Virus record (IMG/VR): IMGVR_UViG_3300024346_000003
Length of the DNA: 64,000 nt
Origin: a virus
Taxonomy: Duplodnaviria > Caudoviricetes
Direction: 5' to 3' (one strand)
A program made the position numbers and the translations under genes. Shown here one piece after another: positions 21,563 through 32,000 of this stretch (the stretch's first letter is position 1; the number at the start of each line of letters is the position of its first letter). The notes below the pieces were generated by a model. The model was given only the letters and a program-made list of their open reading frames with translations. It was not told the DNA's origin and did no database searches.

Positions 21563-22610
21563 AAAAAAACTTGACCGTAAAGGGAAGAAACCTAGTAACG
21601 GACCCTCCCCCAGGGGTCCCGAACGTAATGTTCATATCAATACCACAATCTAATTCTGACATATAGGTTTTTAATTTTTTACTATCCATGATTCTCATTG
21701 TATCAATAAATTCAGAAATATAGTTTTTATCTCTATTTCCATCAATTTCAACAACCTGAGACTCAAGTAATAATGTTGATTCAGTATTAATTAAATTATT
21801 TTCTTCTTTTAAAAATAATGCTAACTTTTCAAGCTCACTAATTTCACCAACTGTCAATAATTTAAATTTAACAGTTGATTTTGATAAAGGTAATGTAAAT
21901 GTAAACAACCCCTCACCATCTGGCTCAACTGATAAATGTTTAACTTTAAGTTTAGTTAAATCAACTTCAGTTTCAAATGGTTTATCATTTTCATCTAAAA
22001 TTGTAACTGGATACATTTCACCATAACCAGTAGCTCTAAGCCAAACCATAATAGCATCTCTATCACCAGGTATCAAATCATTATATCTTAATTCTGGTTC
22101 TAATATTTTTCTATTTAATAATATTTCTAAGAAATCACCACTCTCAAGTAAGTTTGGTGATGTTAAAATATTTTCATCAGCCGCAGTTAAGAATGAAACT
22201 TTAATTTTACCTTTTTTATTTCTATATAACTTACCTTCACTTGGTAATGGAATGATATCATAAGGTTGATTCATTTGTGGTTGACTAATTTGAGCTATTT
22301 CAATATCTCTATTAGTGTTGATTTGTGGTTTTAAATTTTCCATTGGACTTTTCATTGTGTGTTGTTGTACTTCAACTCTTGGGTTTAATACTTCTTGAGC
22401 AACATCTTGATTTGATGATTTTAAGGATTCCTCTCTTAATCGTAATTGTTCAGCTGTTCTTCTAGCCATTTCAGTTGCCGCCTCTATTTCACCAGAAGAC
22501 ACCTGATTATTCATTATTGTTTCTTCTTGCTCTTTTGCGATTTGCACCCCAGTTTGATTTGCTGCGGCAATTTGGTCTGCCGTTGGGAAGACTTTTGGTC
22601 TGTTTTCCAT
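21543..22610 (-). CDS. Tail assembly chaperone (T4 gp26-like)
   Basis: IPLPSEGKLY...FLTAADENILTS...DL..GDRDAIMVWLRATGYGE.YPV; between tube and tape measure; ends KFFWPDFNI. Confidence 0.75.
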   Translation of the reverse strand: MENRPKVFPTADQIAAANQTGVQIAKEQEETIMNNQVSSGEIEAATEMARRTAEQLRLREESLKSSNQDVAQEVLNPRVEVQQHTMKSPMENLKPQINTNRDIEIAQISQPQMNQPYDIIPLPSEGKLYRNKKGKIKVSFLTAADENILTSPNLLESGDFLEILLNRKILEPELRYNDLIPGDRDAIMVWLRATGYGEMYPVTILDENDKPFETEVDLTKLKVKHLSVEPDGEGLFTFTLPLSKSTVKFKLLTVGEISELEKLALFLKEENNLINTESTLLLESQVVEIDGNRDKNYISEFIDTMRIMDSKKLKTYMSELDCGIDMNITFGTPGGGSVTRFLPFTVKFFWPDFNI

Positions 22611-22693
22611 AATTAAAACTTATTTATTAATATTATTTTTATAACTCAAAAATAAATATACCATAATAAGTTTTTTTGTAAATAACATAAAAT

Positions 22694-22720
22694 AAAAAAA
22701 CCACTTTTAAAAGTGGTTTT
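22694..22720 (-). terminator. Terminator
   Basis: AAAACCACTTT-TA-AAAGTGGTTTT with A-run on plus strand. Confidence 0.7.
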
Positions 22721-22723
22721 ATG

Positions 22724-23584
22724 TTATTTATTATAACTTAGCATTTCTATTACTTTTTCTTCTGAGTCAGCATCAGTTAATTTGATACCTTTATACTCAT
22801 CAATATAATAACCCAGTGTTTGGTCATATGTTATAAAAAGATTAGCACCACTCCAATCATTTTCACCTTTAGGTTTTGTAAATATCAAATCATAATTACC
22901 ATAATTATTTTTATATTTTATATCAAAAAAGGTATATAATCCGTTAGTTGTTTCAATTGTTTGCCCAGCGTAACTTTTTTTAAATTCATTTTCGAACCCT
23001 TCCTTATCTTTAATATTTTGTTTTTTGTCAGATTCACCTTTTTCTTTATTACCTAAATAAGTTGTCCATGGATAGTTACCAGTATTTTGTAAATTACTTC
23101 TATATGCACCCAAATCACCTTCTTCAACACCTTCATTTTGTTGAGGCATTAATTTAACAGCACCACCTTCAGCTTTACGTCTAATAAATTTAATAACTTC
23201 ATCAGGAGTTCTAAATTCACAATCAACACATTGAGTATGTAATATGTTATTAACATAATATTTACCAGTAATACTATTTCTAACTTTATAAAGTTTACTA
23301 TTTAAATCATAAGTTATCTCCAAATCTAAACCTATAACTTTCAAAGCATCAAAATTAATTGTAAAATTTGGTTTTAAATCTTCAATTTGTCTTTTAATCA
23401 CCATTAATTCATTATTAACACCAATTGGGTCTTCATTTACTGGTCTGTGCATACTGTCAACACCAATAGGTGTACCATCTGGTTTATGAAATGATTCAGT
23501 TATTATACCTTTTGATTCCAAATATCTTTGTTCGGCTAATAAATTAACTTTAGACATATTATGTTTTTTATCACTTTTTCTCAT
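22724..23584 (-). CDS. Hypothetical late protein, possible processed internal head protein
   Basis: N-terminal MRKSDKKHNMSKVNLLAEQRYLESKGIITE leader; own promoter motif and terminator. Confidence 0.5.
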   Translation of the reverse strand: MRKSDKKHNMSKVNLLAEQRYLESKGIITESFHKPDGTPIGVDSMHRPVNEDPIGVNNELMVIKRQIEDLKPNFTINFDALKVIGLDLEITYDLNSKLYKVRNSITGKYYVNNILHTQCVDCEFRTPDEVIKFIRRKAEGGAVKLMPQQNEGVEEGDLGAYRSNLQNTGNYPWTTYLGNKEKGESDKKQNIKDKEGFENEFKKSYAGQTIETTNGLYTFFDIKYKNNYGNYDLIFTKPKGENDWSGANLFITYDQTLGYYIDEYKGIKLTDADSEEKVIEMLSYNK

Positions 23585-23616
23585 TTGAATTTTATTATAA
23601 ATATCTAATAAAAAAC

Positions 23617-23644
23617 AAAAAAACCTATAATTACTTATAGGTTT
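23617..23644 (-). terminator. Terminator after tail tube
   Basis: AAACCTATAA-TTAC-TTATAGGTTT. Confidence 0.7.
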
Positions 23645-23686
23645 AATTGATATTTTTAATTAATTCTTTTTGATAAAGTAATTCTG

Positions 23687-24175
23687 CTAGAACAAAAGTA
23701 TAGCTCTGTCAAATCTCATGTCAGCTGTGATATCTGCGATACCATCATCATCCATCGATAAGTCACCAAAGTTAACATTCGTCAACATTGTACCTTGCAA
23801 TTGCCATTTTTCAATAACAACTCCAGTTGGGTCCAACATCTCTAATTCAATATCTTTTTTGTAACCAGCAGCATAACCCTGTCTACCTGTAATAGATTCA
23901 GATTGTAAACGAACCCATTCCATAATAGCTTGAGCAGCAGATGGCCCAATAGGGTCTCTAAACGTCACACTTATAGATTCCCATGTAAATCTACCGATTA
24001 CCCAAGTAGATGTGTTTAGGAAAGGTATTTCAACCTCATTTTGTGTTATAGAAGGTCTTGAGGCAGACGCTAACCACCATTCTTGTATACCTAAATCAGC
24101 TGGAAATCTTAAAAGCCATCTATTCTTCTTTTTAGGCTCATAAGGTACGGGCATTTTCATCAATAAATCAGCCAT
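23687..24175 (-). CDS. gp19: Tail tube protein (T4 gp19-like)
   Basis: EPKKKNRWLLRF, ASRPSI, W..ISVTFRD, VMEW-like IMEW, YKKDI.LEMLDP.G.VIEKW.L.G; directly follows sheath. Confidence 0.9.
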   Translation of the reverse strand: MADLLMKMPVPYEPKKKNRWLLRFPADLGIQEWWLASASRPSITQNEVEIPFLNTSTWVIGRFTWESISVTFRDPIGPSAAQAIMEWVRLQSESITGRQGYAAGYKKDIELEMLDPTGVVIEKWQLQGTMLTNVNFGDLSMDDDGIADITADMRFDRAILLF

Positions 24176-24240
24176 GTTCTTTTATTTTTTTAATTCTTTT
24201 TGTTATCTTTTATTATAAATATTAATGATTCTATTTTTTT

Positions 24241-24271
24241 AAAAAAAAGGGTTAAATAAATAACCCTTTTT
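24241..24271 (-). terminator. Terminator after sheath
   Basis: AAAAAGGGTTA-AATAAA-TAACCCTTTTT. Confidence 0.75.
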
Positions 24272-24282
24272 ATTAATTATTT

Positions 24283-27117
24283 TTAGATATCATCAAATGA
24301 TGCACCAGTTGGTACGATATTAAATTCTACACATATAAATTCTAATGCTCTAGTTGGCTTCAAGAAAATTCTACCAAGTAATTCATTTCTATCTATTGAT
24401 TCTGGACTTGAATCCAATACTACCCTAAAGTCAGTTAAACCTCTTTCACTTCTAATGTTATCCAAAATTGGGTTAACCAAGCTTAAGAATTGATTTCTAA
24501 CGATATCATCGTTTTGTTCAAATAATAATCTAATTGCAACAGCAGAAATAAGTTTTCTAGCTTGTAGTAACAATCTTCTAACATTGATTCTGTCAAGAGC
24601 ACTTTCTTTAACTTGTAATGTTTTGTTACCCCATATCTTAATACCTTCAGATGCAAACGTTGCAATTGGGTTTATTCTATTTTCGTATAATGTATCTCTC
24701 TCACCCAAAGTCAATTTAACTCTTGCCTTGATAGCATCAACATCACCTCTTTGAACACCAGCTACAGCAAACCATGGAAATGCGATATTATCTGTCAATG
24801 CAATGTTTCTAACCACATCTCTTGTTGGTGGAACATATATGTAAACATTGTTCTCAGCATCGTTAATTTGAATCCAAGGCCAGTATGTACAAGTATAGTT
24901 ACTATCGTATTGACCATATAATTGGTCAGCAACATCTTCTGGTAATAAAACTTCACCACCAGCATCAGTATCAGGAGTTGTAACAATGTATAAAGAGTCA
25001 GCTCTATCTTGTTCAACCATTTCAATTGCTTCTTCAACTAAGTTAGTATTGTTAAATGTATCAACACCTGGAGTTGAGAATACGTTAATATTTGTTGCTT
25101 CTGGATTTTTAAATGTCCAAATAGCTTCTAAGTATGCGTAGTAATCAGATGTGATACCTGGGTCACCATTACTTAATGTTCTATTAGCGAATGTACCGTT
25201 AATTAAACCAACTGAACCTTTAGTACCGTTAATTAAATAAGGGTCTGTATTTGTTCTTCTTGTTCTATATGGGTCCCAACCATCAAATCCACCGTAAGGT
25301 ACAAATGTAAATTTACGTGAGTATAATTTTTCATATGAAGTACCTTGTAATTGGAAATCATTTTGGAATACACAACATCCCGTATCAAATGTGTATATTG
25401 GGCTATAAGTACCACCAGTTGTGTTTACAGTAATAAATACGTTATCAATTGTAGCGGCACTAGCATTAACATCCATGTGGAAACCATTTGTCATACCAGT
25501 CCACATATCGATAGTTGTACTATCTGGAACACCTTTATAATCAAAGAAGTCTTGGTCAATACCCTTAGTATCAGTTAAACCTAAATAATATTTACGTTTG
25601 TTTTCAAATGAACCATATGTTTTCTTATATTCAATTGTTGGTGCTTGAACAGTTGTATTATTATTTTCAGTATAATCTCTTAATGGGTAACCAATAAATC
25701 CAGCTGGGAAAGCATCTGAAGTATCAGAACCAGTTTCCATATCAACTAAGATATAACTAGACATTGATGGAAATTCACCATCCAATGTACCAATTCTTTT
25801 AGCAATATAGTTATTTGAAGCTGGGTTCATTGAACATCTTGAATAAGCTTCCAATATATTTGGTCTTGCATCAGTATCATAATAACTTCTAACAATTAAA
25901 TCAAATTCTTTAACATCTGGTTGGATGTTTCTAATTGAAATCTTAAATTGTTTGTTTGCTGAATCACCATCAGAAATAGTCCAAAGTCTAAATAATCTTA
26001 ATAAGTTTGAACCACGAAGTTCAGATACAACCCAAGGAGTTACCGCTGGTTGGAATTCTTTCTTATAATCATCAAATGCTCTATTGTAGTTAACTAAATC
26101 TGTAATGTTAATCCCTAACACTTCATCGTTAGTAACATAATCACTGAACATGTTTTCAAATATCTCTTCAACAAATAGTGCTGTTTTACCATCTTGTGCA
26201 TTTCTACCCAATACTCTAGTGATGTAATTCTTTTTAGTTTTATCAAATGATAAATCATATCTAAATATACCTGAAATATTTGAAGTACCTTCGATTGCGA
26301 AATCACCATAAGGGTCTGTTTCAGCATTTAAAGGTGTTGTTGCAAAATCAACTTGTGTATTTGCAGAAACTTCGAATACTAATTGTTCAGAACCATTGTA
26401 TCTACCTCTAGACCTTAATAATGCAACTACCTTGTTTTCAACATTAGAATAACCAGCACCAGAATAAACAATAGTATCACCAGATGTTACACCAGTTGTT
26501 CCATTAGTATTTGTTACTATCGAAGTTACAACAAAATTAGGAATTTCAGCACCTTGGAAAGCAACACCTATTTTTTCAAATGTTAAAGGAACTGGAGCAA
26601 CTGGACCAAGTGATGATGCAGCTAAATAATCTAAACCGATTAAACCATTATCCCATAAACTTTGAATAACTGAATCACTAGAAACTAAACTAGTTATAGT
26701 ACCAGTTGAATCAGCTGTAAATGAAATTAATGGTGAATATGAAGTTGCAGACACAACATCAATTGTATTTGGGTCTAAAGCAGCACTTAACGTTATACCC
26801 CAAGCTAAACCAGCATCATAACCAGAGAAACCTAATACTCTAGTTACAAACAATTGGTTAGATTGTGATAAATATGATTTTGCAATATATGGTAATTCAT
26901 ATTTTGGTGCACCCGTATCTTTTACTCTAGTAGCATCTAAGCCACCGAAGAAAGACCTAAATTCATCGTAGTTTGATACGAAGATAGGTTGGAATGCTGG
27001 ACCTTGCGTTGTTTCACCAACCAATCCCAATGTTGTTACACCCACTTGTCGTGTAACGAATGTTAAGTCTTTTTCTGATGTATAGACACCTGGACTGACG
27101 AATACTTTCTCTGCCAT
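24283..27117 (-). CDS. gp18: Tail sheath protein (T4 gp18-like)
   Basis: SPGVYTSEKDL, GLVGETTQGPAFQP, YWPWIQ, PWFAVAG..RG, LYENRINPI, IWGNKTLQ...ALDRINVRRLLL, LFEQND, KPTRALEFI. Confidence 0.95.
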   Translation of the reverse strand: MAEKVFVSPGVYTSEKDLTFVTRQVGVTTLGLVGETTQGPAFQPIFVSNYDEFRSFFGGLDATRVKDTGAPKYELPYIAKSYLSQSNQLFVTRVLGFSGYDAGLAWGITLSAALDPNTIDVVSATSYSPLISFTADSTGTITSLVSSDSVIQSLWDNGLIGLDYLAASSLGPVAPVPLTFEKIGVAFQGAEIPNFVVTSIVTNTNGTTGVTSGDTIVYSGAGYSNVENKVVALLRSRGRYNGSEQLVFEVSANTQVDFATTPLNAETDPYGDFAIEGTSNISGIFRYDLSFDKTKKNYITRVLGRNAQDGKTALFVEEIFENMFSDYVTNDEVLGINITDLVNYNRAFDDYKKEFQPAVTPWVVSELRGSNLLRLFRLWTISDGDSANKQFKISIRNIQPDVKEFDLIVRSYYDTDARPNILEAYSRCSMNPASNNYIAKRIGTLDGEFPSMSSYILVDMETGSDTSDAFPAGFIGYPLRDYTENNNTTVQAPTIEYKKTYGSFENKRKYYLGLTDTKGIDQDFFDYKGVPDSTTIDMWTGMTNGFHMDVNASAATIDNVFITVNTTGGTYSPIYTFDTGCCVFQNDFQLQGTSYEKLYSRKFTFVPYGGFDGWDPYRTRRTNTDPYLINGTKGSVGLINGTFANRTLSNGDPGITSDYYAYLEAIWTFKNPEATNINVFSTPGVDTFNNTNLVEEAIEMVEQDRADSLYIVTTPDTDAGGEVLLPEDVADQLYGQYDSNYTCTYWPWIQINDAENNVYIYVPPTRDVVRNIALTDNIAFPWFAVAGVQRGDVDAIKARVKLTLGERDTLYENRINPIATFASEGIKIWGNKTLQVKESALDRINVRRLLLQARKLISAVAIRLLFEQNDDIVRNQFLSLVNPILDNIRSERGLTDFRVVLDSSPESIDRNELLGRIFLKPTRALEFICVEFNIVPTGASFDDI

Positions 27118-27191
27118 TATTTACTTTTTTTAATTAATTATTATCTTGAGTCATTTTTATAATAAATATATAGTAAAAATCGAAAAATTTC

Positions 27192-27245
27192 TTTTTGTTG
27201 TTTTACAACAAAAAATAGTATGACAAATAACTTACTTTTGTCATA
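27192..27245. promoter_or_regulatory. Two inverted repeats (operator-like) between sheath and RHH genes
   Basis: TTTTTGTTGT-n3-ACAACAAAAA (27192-27214) and TATGACAAA-n9-TTTGTCATA (27219-27245). Confidence 0.55.
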
Positions 27246-27263
27246 TTTATAAAAAAAAGGATT

Positions 27264-27413
27264 ATGAAACGAACTAAAAACCTTAAAATAACACCCAATA
27301 CCCATAAAATCCTTAAAGATTACTGTGAAGAAAATGGTTTAAAAATGTTTGCATACGTGGAAAAATTAATTAAAGAAAAATGTATTAAACCAAAAGACTT
27401 GTATGGTGAATAA
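27264..27413 (+). CDS. Ribbon-helix-helix (Arc/CopG-like) DNA-binding protein, 49 aa (not in ORF track)
   Basis: MKRTKNLKITPNTHKILKDYCEENGLKMFAYVEKLIKEKCIKPKDLYGE: strand-helix-G-helix pattern; ATATTTAT 14 nt upstream; terminator downstream. Confidence 0.7.
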   Translation: MKRTKNLKITPNTHKILKDYCEENGLKMFAYVEKLIKEKCIKPKDLYGE

Positions 27414-27416
27414 AAC

Positions 27417-27442
27417 AAAAAAGGGGTTATAAGACCCCTTTA
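27417..27442. terminator. Bidirectional terminator
   Basis: AAGGGGT-TATAAG-ACCCCTT between convergent genes. Confidence 0.7.
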
Positions 27443-27467
27443 TTATTTTTATAAAATATTTACATTA

Positions 27468-28997
27468 TTAGAATGTTGAACCCGAAACCCTCAACCATTG
27501 ACCATTCGCTTTCCAATAAAAATGAGTATTATCCCATGTTATAGAACCATTTTCACCAACAGTATCTGCTGAACTTGTTGGAACTGATGCTGTTTTTTTA
27601 ATTACAAAATCTGGAACATAAACAGTATCAGCAGCTGAACCAGTTATACCTTGACCACCAATAATAGCACTTCTATCACCACTTATTGTTGAATTAGATG
27701 AATGAACGAATGATACGATACCAGTTGCGGTTGAACCTGAACCACCCGCATGTGAATGAAACCCAGATGCTATTGTATATAAATTTTGTGAATGTGAATT
27801 AATTCCAGTTGCTTTGGTACCATAACCTTCAGCGTGTGAACCCGTACCACTAGCAAGTGTACCAATACCTTCAGCGTGTGTATTATATGTTGTTGCTGAG
27901 GTTTGCTGACCTTCAGCATGTGAATTTTGACCACTAGCTAATGTAATATAACCTTGAGAATGTGAATAATAACCACTAGCAGTTGTTTGATACCCTTCAG
28001 CATGTGAATAATCACCAAAAGCTCTTGTTAAACTACCCTCAGCATGCGATGTGGTACCACTAGCTATTGTTCTATCACCTTCAACATGTGACGCTGTACC
28101 ACTAGCAGTTGTACCAGAACCTTCAGAATGTGATAGATAACCACTAGCTATTGTTAAACCACCTTCAGCGTGTGAAAAAATACCACTAGCAGTTGTAAGT
28201 GAACCCTCAACATGTGAATAATCACCACTAGCAGTTGTACCTTGACCTTCAGCATGTGAATAATTACCACTAGCAGTTGCATAACTACCCTCAGCATGTG
28301 ATGCAGCACCACTAGCTGTTGTTAAATTACCTTCAGCATGTGAATAAATACCACTAGCAAGTGTACCAGTACCTTCAGCATGTGATGTATTACCACTAGC
28401 TATCGTTCCATATCCCTCACTATGTGAATAATCACCAATAGCGGTTGTAAAACTACCTTCAGCATGTGATGTATTACCACTAGCTATCGTTCCATATCCC
28501 TCACTATGTGAATAATCACCAATAGCAGTCGTATTAGAACCTTCAGCATGTGACGCACTACCACTAGCCGTTGTAGTTGCACCTTCAGCATGTGACTGAT
28601 TACCAATCGCTATTGTATTTGCACCTTCAGCATGAGAACCATAATCACCACTAGCTGTTGATTGATATCCTTCAGCATGTGATGTAATACCACTGGCTAT
28701 TGTTAAATTACCTTCAGCATGTGAATAAACACCACTAGCGGTTGTATTAGCACCTTCAGCATGTGATGAATCACCACTAGTTATTGTATAATCACCTTCA
28801 GCATGTGATGAATTACCAATAGCTGTTGTAAAACTACCTTCGGTATGTGAACTAGTACCAATAGCTGTTGTATCTTGACCTTCAGCATGTGAATTAATAC
28901 CACTAGATATTGCACCACTACCTTGTGATAATGCACCAAAAATGGTTTGACCCGTTAATGTAGAATCATTGTTGTTAATAATATAAGAAATAGACAT
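27468..28997 (-). CDS. YadA-head (Hep_Hag)-like repeat fibre/adhesin
   Basis: About 28 14-aa repeats T(T/I)ASGxxSHAEGxx; fibre-like C-terminus WDNTHFYWK. Confidence 0.8.
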   Translation of the reverse strand: MSISYIINNNDSTLTGQTIFGALSQGSGAISSGINSHAEGQDTTAIGTSSHTEGSFTTAIGNSSHAEGDYTITSGDSSHAEGANTTASGVYSHAEGNLTIASGITSHAEGYQSTASGDYGSHAEGANTIAIGNQSHAEGATTTASGSASHAEGSNTTAIGDYSHSEGYGTIASGNTSHAEGSFTTAIGDYSHSEGYGTIASGNTSHAEGTGTLASGIYSHAEGNLTTASGAASHAEGSYATASGNYSHAEGQGTTASGDYSHVEGSLTTASGIFSHAEGGLTIASGYLSHSEGSGTTASGTASHVEGDRTIASGTTSHAEGSLTRAFGDYSHAEGYQTTASGYYSHSQGYITLASGQNSHAEGQQTSATTYNTHAEGIGTLASGTGSHAEGYGTKATGINSHSQNLYTIASGFHSHAGGSGSTATGIVSFVHSSNSTISGDRSAIIGGQGITGSAADTVYVPDFVIKKTASVPTSSADTVGENGSITWDNTHFYWKANGQWLRVSGSTF

Positions 28998-29086
28998 AAT
29001 ATAATTTTATATATAAATATTAAAGACTTTATAATAAGACTGTATTTTATATTTATTTTTAAAAAAATTAATACTATATTTAACTC

Positions 29087-32000
29087 ATGGTTAAAAATAA
29101 TTTATTAATAATAACATCTCACTTATCAACAGGTGGTGCACCTCAGTTTACATTAAATAAAATTGAACTATTAATGCTTGATTATAATGTTGTATGTGTT
29201 GAATATAATTTTTTATCACCAGACTTCGTAGTTCAAAGAAATAAGATAATTAATTTATTAGGTGATAAATTTATTTCTCTTGGTGATGATAAATTTAACC
29301 TACTTAAAGTTATAGAAGATTTTGACCCTGAATTAATTTTTATAGAAGAATTATCTGAAACTTTTATTGATTCAACCATGTTACCTAAACTTTATGATGA
29401 AAATAGACAATATAAGATATTTGAAACAACACATAGTTCATACGATTCAAAACAATTAAAAAAGTACTTACCTGATAAATTTATATTCGTATCTGAATAC
29501 TCAAAAAAAATGTATGAGGATTTGGGTGTTGAATCAACAGTTATAGAATATCCAGTTGATAAAAAAAATAAATCACAAGAACTTGCCATTGAAAAATTAA
29601 ATCTTGACCCAAATTCAAAACATGTTATAAATATTGGATTGTTTACTCCAGGCAAAAACCAAGGTTATGCTTTTGAATTAGCTAGACAATTTGAAGGTGA
29701 AAATGTAACATTCCATTTTATAGGGAATCAAGCTGGTAATTTTCAAGATTATTGGAAACCATTAATGGAAACTATACCAAGTAATTGTGTAATATGGGGA
29801 GAGAAAGATAATACTGAAGATTTTATAATGGCTAGTGATTTATTCTTATTCACATCTAAACTAGAATTAAATCCATTAGTGGTTAAAGAAGCACTAATGT
29901 ATGACTCAAATATCCTAATGTTTAATTTAGAAACATATTGTGGTTCATATGATAATGAAGAATGTATTTCTTTTTTAACTGGTGATATTGATACCGATGT
30001 TAATAAAATGATTGACTTATTACAATTGAATGAAGTTGATGATGGTCATTATGATTTTATTGAGATTGGTACATCAGATTTTGACACATTAATTGAAGAA
30101 TCGACTAACCTAACTAAAGGGATAAGTATTGAACCAATAAAGTATTATATCGATAGATTACCAAATAAACGAAATGTTGAAAAGGTACAAGCTGCTATGT
30201 CAGATGAAGAAGGTAAAATAGATATATACTACATAGAAGATAATAATATTGATGCTTATAATTTACCATGGTGGGTTAGGGGTAGTAATAGTGTAAATAA
30301 TCCACATCCATTTACCGTTAAAGAAATTGGTAAAGAATTATATGATAAATTAGTTACAATTCAAGAAGTACCAACTATTACTTGGTCAACCTTAATTGAT
30401 AAGTATAATGTAAAAAGTATTGATTATTTAAAAGTTGATACTGAAGGTTATGACCACGTTATTTTAAATGAGTATTTAAATGAGTGTGAAAAGAATCCAG
30501 GTTTATTAGCAAATAAAATAAAATTTGAATGTCATAATGAAGTTTCAAATAAAGAGGAAATTACTAAATTATTAAAAAGATTTACTGGTTATGATGTTGA
30601 ATATCTAATGAGTGATATAATTTTAAGAAAACAAAAGATACCTAGAATTATACATCAAACATATAAAACAAATGAGTTACCAGTTGAATTAAGTAATAAT
30701 GTTGAACAACTTAAAAAAATGAATCCAACATTTGAATATAGATTCTACAATGATGAAGACTGTGTAAATTTTATAAAGGAAAATTATCCAGAAGAAACAT
30801 TAAAACTGTATTTAACCATTAATGATAGTTATGGCCCAGCTAAAGCTGACTATTTTAGATATCTATTAATGTATAAAGTTGGTGGGGTTTATTTAGACAT
30901 TAAAAGCACAACAACAGTACCATTAGAAGACACATTATTATATACCGATGAATATCTTTTGTCACATTGGCCAGGTAAAGATTGGTCCGATGAATTAGGT
31001 TATTCACTTGGTGAATTTCAAAATTGGCATATCATATGCAAACCCGAACACCCATTTCTAAAGAAAACAATAGAACTAGTTGAAGATAACATTAGAAACT
31101 ATACCGATGGAGCGGGTAAAGAGGCCGTATTAAGAACTACAGGACCAATTGCATACAGTAAGGCGATATTATCATTATTAAACGATTATAGACCACTTAT
31201 GACTGATTCACCAGTAAGAGAATACCAAGTGTCAGAAGAAATTGGTTTAACGTATATGAATACTAACGTACATCACCATAGTTTATACAAAGGATATCCA
31301 GATAATGAAAAATTAATTAATGATAGTTTAGTAAAGCATGGGTATGTATTATACAGTAATGTTAAATACTTTAACATCGTTAGTGCGGCAGCAAAATCAA
31401 TTAGAGCATTTAGTAATCTACCAATATATGTATATATGTTAGATTCTGATTTAAAGGTTAATGTTGAAAATGTAACAACAATTAAGTGGGTTTGTAATTT
31501 AGAAAACGATGCTAATATGTATGAAAGTTCAGAATCTAACTTTTATATAAATAGAAATAATTCAAACATCTATAAATTACTAATACAAAGACCACTAATC
31601 ATGAAAGATGTTTTAACTAATTATTTAGATATTGCGGTATATGTTGATAGTGATTCGATTGCAACACCAAATGTTGATAATATCTTTAACTTATACACTG
31701 ATTTTAGTTACCCATTCTTTGTTCAAGGTGTTTATGATTATTTATTTGCAAATGGTAGAGGTGGTGCTGAAACTAAAGAAGATTTAACAACCACATTGGA
31801 ACACCCAGCTTGTGAACTATATAGCGTTAATCAAAAGGTACGTGAAAGATATAGACAAACTGGTTATTTTATTGCTAGTAAAGATTGTATCGATTTCATG
31901 GATGAGTGGTATTGGATGTGCATAAACCCAAAAATATTAAAAAATAATGAACATTATGCACCATATAATGAAGAAACAATATTAAATGTTTTGTTATGGA

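Noticed and set aside
4427-27117. Bacterial extracellular contractile injection system (Afp/PVC/T6SS)
   Set aside because: Interspersed with phage replication and neck genes and no host housekeeping genes; a phage tail explains it better.
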